Virus record (IMG/VR): IMGVR_UViG_3300027747_004323
Length of the DNA stretch: 64,000 nucleotides
Direction: 5' to 3' (one strand)
Source of the DNA: an uncultured virus (IMG/VR IMGVR_UViG_3300027747_004323)
Taxonomy: Duplodnaviria; Heunggongvirae; Uroviricota; Caudoviricetes
Translations under genes and position numbers: made by a program
The notes under the pieces: model-generated
Databases searched by the model: none
What the model was told of the DNA's origin: nothing
Seen by the model: the letters and a program-made list of their open reading frames with translations, nothing else
In this document: in pieces, positions 54,502-61,206 of the stretch
Layout: every line of letters begins with the position of its first letter
How positions within the stretch are numbered: position 1 is the stretch's first letter

Positions 54502-55362
54502 TCACTCCTTCGATTCCAGTTCGTCCTTGAGGCGTGAGTAAAGCATGAACCTCGTGACCGTAGAATCGTCCACGGAGTCGAGCCTCTCCTCGAGGAGAGT
54601 CTGCTTTGTCTCTGTCAGCTTGTTCTTGAGATAGTCATTGGGAGACGACATCGACGCTTTGTACTCTTCGATGAGTGTGAGGAGGTCGCCTTTCACTTCT
54701 TCGAGCTTCATGCGTATCGACGTCATGTCGTCCGACGCCGTGGAATATGCGTACGCCTTGACGAGAGACTTCTGCTGGTCGTTGAGGACGCCCTCGTACT
54801 TCTCGTTGAGCTTCTTGGTCATCACCTTCATCAACAGACGAGCAGATCCGGAAGTGTCTTCGGAGATCGTCTCGTCTTCAGCGTCAGTCCTCTCGGTGAC
54901 GAGATGCTTCATGAGACTGTCCTCGAACTGTGCCACCTTGTGGAGGTTCTTGTCGTTGGACCGCCACTCGTTGATGAGCGTCTGTATCGTGGCGAACGTC
55001 CTGTATTCCTTGACCTGCTGGTCGTAGAAATTCTCGTCGTTGATGACGTGATTGATGTTGCGAATGAGGATCGACTTCTCTCGATCGAGCTTCTTCACAT
55101 CGAACGTCGCAGAAGCACTCTTCGCTTCCTTGAGTATCGAGGCCGCCACGTGGTCTGACGAGACGGTCGTCTTCGCGAGCGCATTCATGAGCCTGAACTC
55201 CTTGTAGAGCTCCGTTCCGAGCTTGAAATGTCTCCGAAGGATCTTTAGTGCGGCGGCCGACTTCTTCTTGTCATCCTCGATGAGAGACCTCGAGATCGTC
55301 CTCACGAGGAACTCATAGATGAGAAGGCTGTTTCTCTTCTTGTTGTGGCTCTTTGCAGTCAT
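54502..55362 (-). CDS. Hypothetical helical protein between portal and protease
   Basis: 286 aa; SHNKKRNSLLIYEFLVR; ATGA overlap with portal stop. Confidence 0.7.
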   Translation of the reverse strand: MTAKSHNKKRNSLLIYEFLVRTISRSLIEDDKKKSAAALKILRRHFKLGTELYKEFRLMNALAKTTVSSDHVAASILKEAKSASATFDVKKLDREKSILIRNINHVINDENFYDQQVKEYRTFATIQTLINEWRSNDKNLHKVAQFEDSLMKHLVTERTDAEDETISEDTSGSARLLMKVMTKKLNEKYEGVLNDQQKSLVKAYAYSTASDDMTSIRMKLEEVKGDLLTLIEEYKASMSSPNDYLKNKLTETKQTLLEERLDSVDDSTVTRFMLYSRLKDELESKE

Positions 55363-58300
55363 GTGTCGTTGCTCCCGTCGTCATCTATTATGAGGACTTC
55401 TCTGAACTCTCTTGCGTCTGCTTCGTCTAGTGGGTCGACGTCCTCGGACAAGACACTCGCTTGTCCTTGAGGCTGTCGCATCGAATTCTGGAACTTGGCG
55501 GACATCGTCATGTTCCTCAATGAGGACATCACATCGTTTCCTATCGGCGTCTTGTGGATCGTCTTCGACTCTCCAAAGGGATTGCTCACGTACGAAGACA
55601 TCCACTCCTTGTCGTACGGATCCGACATGGACTTGTTGGTGCTCTTCAGCATCTTGCCGTAGTCAGGCATGTGTGTCTTCGACGCACCGCTGTGTCTTAT
55701 CCTCGACCTGTTGTAGAGCGCCTTGTCGAGTTGTGTCTGTGCCTTCACAGGGACTTCGACGTCTCTGAGTGAGAACTTGACAGGAAAATCTTCGTCGTCT
55801 GAGGCGTCGTCTCCTGCAGTCATCAGAGAGAGTTCGGGATCCTTTTGCGAGACGTCGTCGCCGGCGAATAGGTCTCCGCCCTCGCCGCCGCCTTCCTCAC
55901 CGCCCTCTTCTCCTCCACCCTCGTCTCCACCAGACTCCTCACCGCCTCCGGCGTCGGCGCCTTCCTCCTCAGGTTTCGCAGCTTCGATCGTGGCATCGAC
56001 TATCTTCTCCTTGAGACGCTGGTCGTCGATTTCCTTGCACTGCTCTTCGTTGAGTCCCCAGATCTCCTTGCGGATGAACTCCTTGGACGTCTGACCCTCA
56101 GGAGCAGAGCCTGCGATCTCGAACTTCGCACGCCACAGTTCCAGCTTCTGCTGCTGAGCGACGGTGGACGGATTGGAGAGACGAAGTGTGAAGTTCTGCA
56201 AGTCTTCAGAGTCGAAGCCGTTCGCATACAGGTGGATTATCGCGAGCTTGTTGAGCTCTGCAATCATCGTCTTCTGTATCACGTTGATCGTCCTTGAGAA
56301 CCTGATGTCTTCTTGGGCGAGAGTCGCCTTGGAAGACAGGGCCTCGTCGTATCCGAGATAGGCACGAGGGATCTTCAAGGCCGCAAAGAGCTTCTTCTGG
56401 ATGTATGCCACGTCCTCTACGGCAGCTGCGTTCTGACCTCCTGCAAGGGTATCGATCTTCGTGCCGCTCTCTCCGCCACGCACGGGGATGAAATAGTCCT
56501 CGTCGACAGACAGCGGATTGTAGCGAAGGTCGACTCGACCCGTGTTCCTGTCGATGACCTGCGACGAACGGAGGTTCTTGCGCTGCTCCTCGACGTACAT
56601 CGGGACGTTCTCGGGAGGAATGTTCGCGACGTCGATGTAGAAGACCCTGCGTTCGGGAGCCCTGACGACGCGGTAGACCAACATCGCGTCCTCGATGAGG
56701 ATGAGCTGACGCCAGATCCGGCGTGCAGGCTCGATGACAGAAGAGCCGTACGGCAGGAACATGTCGTTTCCCAGGAGTCGAAAGTGGGACACCTCCCAGT
56801 TCTCGAGAGTCCTGTTGCCGAGGGTGACCCACCTGAAACGCACCGCCATGGGATCATTGGGGTCGTAGTTCTCTTCTCTCTCGATCTCGTTCACCGGGAT
56901 CGGAAAGGCGTTGATGACACCGTGTGTGGGGGACACATCGTTGTAGAGGAACATGTCTCCGTACTTGACGAGGTTCCTCACCCAAGAACGAAGGTTGAAC
57001 TCGACGTTGAGGGTGTTGTAGAAGAGGTCCTCCAAGATCTCCTTGATCTTCTCGTTGTCGGAGTAGATGTGGAGGACCCTTCCCTTCTCGTCCTGAGCGC
57101 ATGTCTCGTCGGCATAGATGTCCATCGCCGCGGCGAGCTCAGGTGTGTTGTGTGAGATGACTGTGTCGGTCGCAAAGTTCTTATAGCCATCGACTGTCAA
57201 GTCGAAGAGAGGTATGACTCCGTGATACTCGATAGAGGAGACCTTTAGATTGTCATACGAGCTAGCGAAGTCTGAGTAATTCTTGTAGCCCCTCTCTCTG
57301 ACGCGACCGTCTATCACGTGGACAGTGGTGTGTAAGGAAGCGGCCAATTGTTGATTCGACATGCCCTTAGAAAAATTTGAGCATATTCTATCGAAGGTAA
57401 TGTTTCTGTCGTATCTCGGATTTTTCTCGCCGCGATTGTCCCATCCGGCATTGTGCCAGTCCGGATTGTATGCTTTGGCGAAGGTCTGAAAATCTTGGTA
57501 ACCATGCTTTCTGAGCCTGCGCTTGATAACGTTGGGATCTGTGTCAAGAACCTCGCACATCCGCCGTGAGTTGAAGTTGGTCCTCTCGGCAACTTCAAGG
57601 ATCCTACCGAAGGTGATGTCTTTCCTCTCAGCAGGGTTGTTCTCGGTCATGAACTTGGAATGGTTGGCCTTGAACTTCTCGATCCACGCGGAGTTCTGAT
57701 CAGACCACTTGACTCCATTGATGATCTCTCTGTGTAGCTTGAGGTGGGCTTCTTCTGTCATCACCTCGAGATTCTCGGGGCGGTTATCGTGCTTGACGAA
57801 GTTCCTGTGGTGCACGACCTCAGCCTCGGCAAGAGGTGAACCCTTCAACATCTCGCCAATGACCCTGTGTTCAGCAACCCAACCATTCATGCTGGACCGT
57901 CTGTCCATCGTATAGATCCAGCGGTAACCGTCACCCTCCTCCTTGCAACCACTGAAAAGGTCGCGACGATAGAAGGGCATCATCGCATCACCAGTCTTGA
58001 GATCTTCGATCTTACAGAACGTTCCGTCCCTCTTCATGAGGCGGTGATTGGGAGTTCCGATGATCTGTTGCCCATTATCGAAAGTGACTGTGTACGCATG
58101 GTCCACGCGGGTCTGTCGGGCTTGCTTGCCAAGCGCAGGCAATATCCTCTGTAAATTGTGGTCATACGAATAGACGATGAAAGTGTGATCAGGCTTTCCT
58201 TCGCACTCTTTTGCAAGGTCGGATATTGTCCGATAGCCTCCAGGAACAGCGATCTTTGTGTCCCCATGCAAGCAATATTCCATCTCCGCGAAGTCCTGGT

Positions 58301-58514
58301 ATCGCATGAGACGCTCGGAGAGGTTGTATGCGTTGGCTGTGATCGTGGCATACGTCGGAGCAGAAGACTTCTGGAAGAGTAGGGCACCGCTGCTCTTCGT
58401 CTTGTCGGCGACGGCGACCGCGGTGTCGAGCGTACGAATCTTCCTGCGGACAACAGGGCCGCTTCGGAATAACTTCGTTAACTTCTGAAATAGTGACTTG
58501 TCTTCTTTTGCCAT
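55359..58514 (-). CDS. Portal protein (T4 gp20-like), intein-containing
   Basis: AAMDIYADE, RNLVKYGD, QLILIEDAMLVYRVVRAPERRVFYIDV, EDYFIP, IDTLAGG, ALKIP, EDIRFSRTI. Confidence 0.93.
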   Translation of the reverse strand: MAKEDKSLFQKLTKLFRSGPVVRRKIRTLDTAVAVADKTKSSGALLFQKSSAPTYATITANAYNLSERLMRYQDFAEMEYCLHGDTKIAVPGGYRTISDLAKECEGKPDHTFIVYSYDHNLQRILPALGKQARQTRVDHAYTVTFDNGQQIIGTPNHRLMKRDGTFCKIEDLKTGDAMMPFYRRDLFSGCKEEGDGYRWIYTMDRRSSMNGWVAEHRVIGEMLKGSPLAEAEVVHHRNFVKHDNRPENLEVMTEEAHLKLHREIINGVKWSDQNSAWIEKFKANHSKFMTENNPAERKDITFGRILEVAERTNFNSRRMCEVLDTDPNVIKRRLRKHGYQDFQTFAKAYNPDWHNAGWDNRGEKNPRYDRNITFDRICSNFSKGMSNQQLAASLHTTVHVIDGRVRERGYKNYSDFASSYDNLKVSSIEYHGVIPLFDLTVDGYKNFATDTVISHNTPELAAAMDIYADETCAQDEKGRVLHIYSDNEKIKEILEDLFYNTLNVEFNLRSWVRNLVKYGDMFLYNDVSPTHGVINAFPIPVNEIEREENYDPNDPMAVRFRWVTLGNRTLENWEVSHFRLLGNDMFLPYGSSVIEPARRIWRQLILIEDAMLVYRVVRAPERRVFYIDVANIPPENVPMYVEEQRKNLRSSQVIDRNTGRVDLRYNPLSVDEDYFIPVRGGESGTKIDTLAGGQNAAAVEDVAYIQKKLFAALKIPRAYLGYDEALSSKATLAQEDIRFSRTINVIQKTMIAELNKLAIIHLYANGFDSEDLQNFTLRLSNPSTVAQQQKLELWRAKFEIAGSAPEGQTSKEFIRKEIWGLNEEQCKEIDDQRLKEKIVDATIEAAKPEEEGADAGGGEESGGDEGGGEEGGEEGGGEGGDLFAGDDVSQKDPELSLMTAGDDASDDEDFPVKFSLRDVEVPVKAQTQLDKALYNRSRIRHSGASKTHMPDYGKMLKSTNKSMSDPYDKEWMSSYVSNPFGESKTIHKTPIGNDVMSSLRNMTMSAKFQNSMRQPQGQASVLSEDVDPLDEADAREFREVLIIDDDGSNDT
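57147..58274 (-). mobile_element. Intein with HNH-type homing endonuclease in portal gene
   Basis: N-junction EY|CLHGDTKI, block B GTPNHRLM, VVHHRNFVKHDNRPENL, block F LFDLTVDGYKNF, C-junction VISHN|T; 376 aa, lower GC than flanks. Confidence 0.92.
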
Positions 58515-58558
58515 GTATTTTGCTGCCTCATTCTGAGGACAGCCCTTGGAGGCCTACT

Positions 58559-58861
58559 TTACACCAAATTCGTCTTCTGAGACTTGAGAGTGACCTTTTT
58601 GACGACGGGTTTAGTGACATCGATGTACTGCATGGGAGACGCCATGATCCTGTTGAGGACCTGCTCCACCTTCTCGAGAGGCTCACCAAGCTCTGACTTG
58701 ACCTTCTCAGATGAGCTTTCCTTGAAGGCCTCGATGGCGCTCAGGAGCTTCGATGTGCTAGTCATGATCTTGGCGGCGGTGTCGTGGTCCTCGCCTTCAC
58801 GGAGATTCTCCATCTCTTCACGTATGATCTTCTTGAGTGTGTCTAGCGCGATCTTGGGCAT
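58559..58861 (-). CDS. Small protein with LKKIIREE leader
   Basis: MPKIALDTLKKIIREEMENLREG; GAGGA Shine-Dalgarno. Confidence 0.7.
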   Translation of the reverse strand: MPKIALDTLKKIIREEMENLREGEDHDTAAKIMTSTSKLLSAIEAFKESSSEKVKSELGEPLEKVEQVLNRIMASPMQYIDVTKPVVKKVTLKSQKTNLV

Positions 58862-58896
58862 TGGTTTCCTCGGGTATGCTAGGTATATGTATCGCC

Positions 58897-60528
58897 CTAC
58901 TTGTAGAGCCAGGAAAAATCTGTGACGTTGCCGTGCTTCACCGACTCTGAAGGACGCGGCTTGTTCACGTTGTAGGGCGTGAATCCCTGGATGTGCGGGT
59001 TGGGAACGGGTCTCACGTCGTTGATTCCTCCCGGGAGGGACTCCATTCCCCTGTTTCCTCTGGCAGTCGCCTTCAGCATCGCGTATGCCATGTTGACGGA
59101 CTGCTCGCTAAATGCAGTGTCACCTGACACAAGCCACGCTCCTATCGCGAGGCCCATGATGAGGTCGTCGTGGGCGTCTTTCGCTGCTTGAGCCTTCGAA
59201 CCGTTCCACACGAACGCCTGTAGCTGGTCGTAAAGACGCTGTGAGTACGTCTTCAGTCGACCGTTGCGTATCACTTCCTCCAGCTTCGTGAGGATCTGAT
59301 TTCTCGTCTTCGTCTGCGTCGAGAATCCCGGGATCGTCTCGGGATCGGTGGGACGATACTCGAAGACGTCTCCGTTGTGATTCGGGTAGTAAAGCCTGGG
59401 ATATCCTGCGTCTCTCAGCTTCACACACGTGAAGTAACCGAAAGTGTTCTGTTCGGGACAGATGAGAGCATCGTTGTACCGCTTTCCGTAATCGGACAGG
59501 AGGTCGGCCAATCGGTCGGGAGGTATCTTGCCCATGAACTCCGCACAGACTTCGCACGTCTCGTAGTCGATGACGTGGAACGTCGAATAGTCGCTGGAGT
59601 CGCCGCGGGCGACGTCGGACGACAAGACGTATTTCTTGCCCAATTCTGGGTTCCTCCAGATCCAGACTCCGTTCTGCGGACCTTCCTTGACGGTCGGGAG
59701 CCTGATCATGTCCCTGAGCTTCTCGAACTCAGAGGGCTGCAGGAACGTGTCACCAGAAGAAATGAAGTCGCACAAGAACTCTTGGGCCACCTTGCGCTTC
59801 GGTAGGTTCTTCGTCTCCTTGTCGAACCACTCCTGATCGTGTTCGGGATGTACCCACCACGGAAGCCTGATGGTGTTGAAGTCGTTGGATCCGGCCTCAG
59901 CTTCAGTCCAGAGCTTATAGTACTGACCTCCCACACCGTTCGGTGTCGAGAGTATGATCGCAGAACCTCCGGTGGACAGCGTCGGATAGAGTGACGTCCA
60001 GATCTCGTCAAAGTCTCTGATGAATGCAGCCTCGTCGACGATGAGAAGAGCGAGTGCCTCAGATCGACCTGCATCGGGTGACGTAGGAACGGCCGTTATC
60101 GTCGAGCCGTTGTCGAAACGGATCGACTGCTTCGTCGGATCGAACTTCGTGAGGAGAAGCCACGAAGGAAGGCCGTCGAGCATCGTCTTCACCTTCTTGA
60201 TGAAGTTGATGGCCGTGTTGAGCTTCGTCGCGATGACAAGGATGTTCTTGTCCTTCTTGAAGATGGCGTACCAGACGACATAGGCAGCCGAGACCGTGGA
60301 GAGTCCCAACTGTCTAGACTTGAGGACGATGTTGAAGCGGTGTTCTTGGAACTGCTTCACGCAGTCGTCCTGGAAATCATACGTGTCAAAGGGTATGAGA
60401 CCGCGGAGCTGATGCTGGATCTTGCAGTACTTCTTCATGAAGTACGATGGGTCTTTACCACACTTGAGTATCTCGGCGACCATCGCCTGCCGAGACATCG
60501 GAGCTGTTGTGCTAGAATTGGACGTCAT
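58897..60528 (-). CDS. Terminase large subunit (T4 gp17-like)
   Basis: YDFQ, KSRQLGLST, LIVDEAAF, STPNG, QEFLCDF, DVARG.SDYS, HDDLIM. Confidence 0.95.
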   Translation of the reverse strand: MTSNSSTTAPMSRQAMVAEILKCGKDPSYFMKKYCKIQHQLRGLIPFDTYDFQDDCVKQFQEHRFNIVLKSRQLGLSTVSAAYVVWYAIFKKDKNILVIATKLNTAINFIKKVKTMLDGLPSWLLLTKFDPTKQSIRFDNGSTITAVPTSPDAGRSEALALLIVDEAAFIRDFDEIWTSLYPTLSTGGSAIILSTPNGVGGQYYKLWTEAEAGSNDFNTIRLPWWVHPEHDQEWFDKETKNLPKRKVAQEFLCDFISSGDTFLQPSEFEKLRDMIRLPTVKEGPQNGVWIWRNPELGKKYVLSSDVARGDSSDYSTFHVIDYETCEVCAEFMGKIPPDRLADLLSDYGKRYNDALICPEQNTFGYFTCVKLRDAGYPRLYYPNHNGDVFEYRPTDPETIPGFSTQTKTRNQILTKLEEVIRNGRLKTYSQRLYDQLQAFVWNGSKAQAAKDAHDDLIMGLAIGAWLVSGDTAFSEQSVNMAYAMLKATARGNRGMESLPGGINDVRPVPNPHIQGFTPYNVNKPRPSESVKHGNVTDFSWLYK

Positions 60529-60908
60529 GCAATCTCGAATATCGTCTTCTTTCGATAATACGCCGTCCTCTTGGGATTATGGACGTTGAATCCGATAATC
60601 TCGAGAGAGTCTGTGGCACTGACTTCCTTGACCGTGAGCGTGTCACCACAGAGAGCCTTGTAAGAGTCCTTGATCGCCTTGACGTGGGCAGCTACGACTG
60701 ATTCCGACTCTTCAGAGCAGTTCCTCTTCATGAGTATCATCTCTTTCTCGGAGACGAAGTTTGCGATCACCTGATACGACGCAAGGAGCCTGTCGCCTCC
60801 GAGCAGCGTGAACTTGACTGAATACGAGGCGGTCTGAGGAGTGGAAGATCGTCCCCATGTCGTGTCGATCGCCTGTCCGAGAGCGTTGATGTTTAGAGCT
60901 TTGGGCAT
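60525..60908 (-). CDS. Hypothetical protein
   Basis: Start MPKALNINALG after AGGAG; ATGA overlap with terminase start. Confidence 0.65.
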   Translation of the reverse strand: MPKALNINALGQAIDTTWGRSSTPQTASYSVKFTLLGGDRLLASYQVIANFVSEKEMILMKRNCSEESESVVAAHVKAIKDSYKALCGDTLTVKEVSATDSLEIIGFNVHNPKRTAYYRKKTIFEIA

Positions 60909-60924
60909 GTATGACTCCTGTGTC

Positions 60925-61206
60925 CTAAATAGGAACTTTCTTGCAATTGTTCTTAACTTCCTCGGACGAAGGACGCCAACCTGAGTTCCACCTCTCCACG
61001 TCGGCATATGCCCAAGTAGAAGCACAGTTGTCGCAACACCTGAATTTCCTGTATGCCTCCTCGTCGTAGTAGGAGTGCATGATGTCGTCGCAGACGGGGC
61101 AGAAGACAGGCTGTGCCTCGAGAGGTTCTACGGGTCTGATCACGTAGAAACCTTCGGGATGCTCTGCAATCAGCCTGTCCTTCATGTACGTCTTCCATTC
61201 CATCAT
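60925..61206 (-). CDS. Small Zn-finger hypothetical protein
   Basis: CPVC..CCDNC..WNSGWRP; ATGA overlap with upstream stop. Confidence 0.65.
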   Translation of the reverse strand: MMEWKTYMKDRLIAEHPEGFYVIRPVEPLEAQPVFCPVCDDIMHSYYDEEAYRKFRCCDNCASTWAYADVERWNSGWRPSSEEVKNNCKKVPI

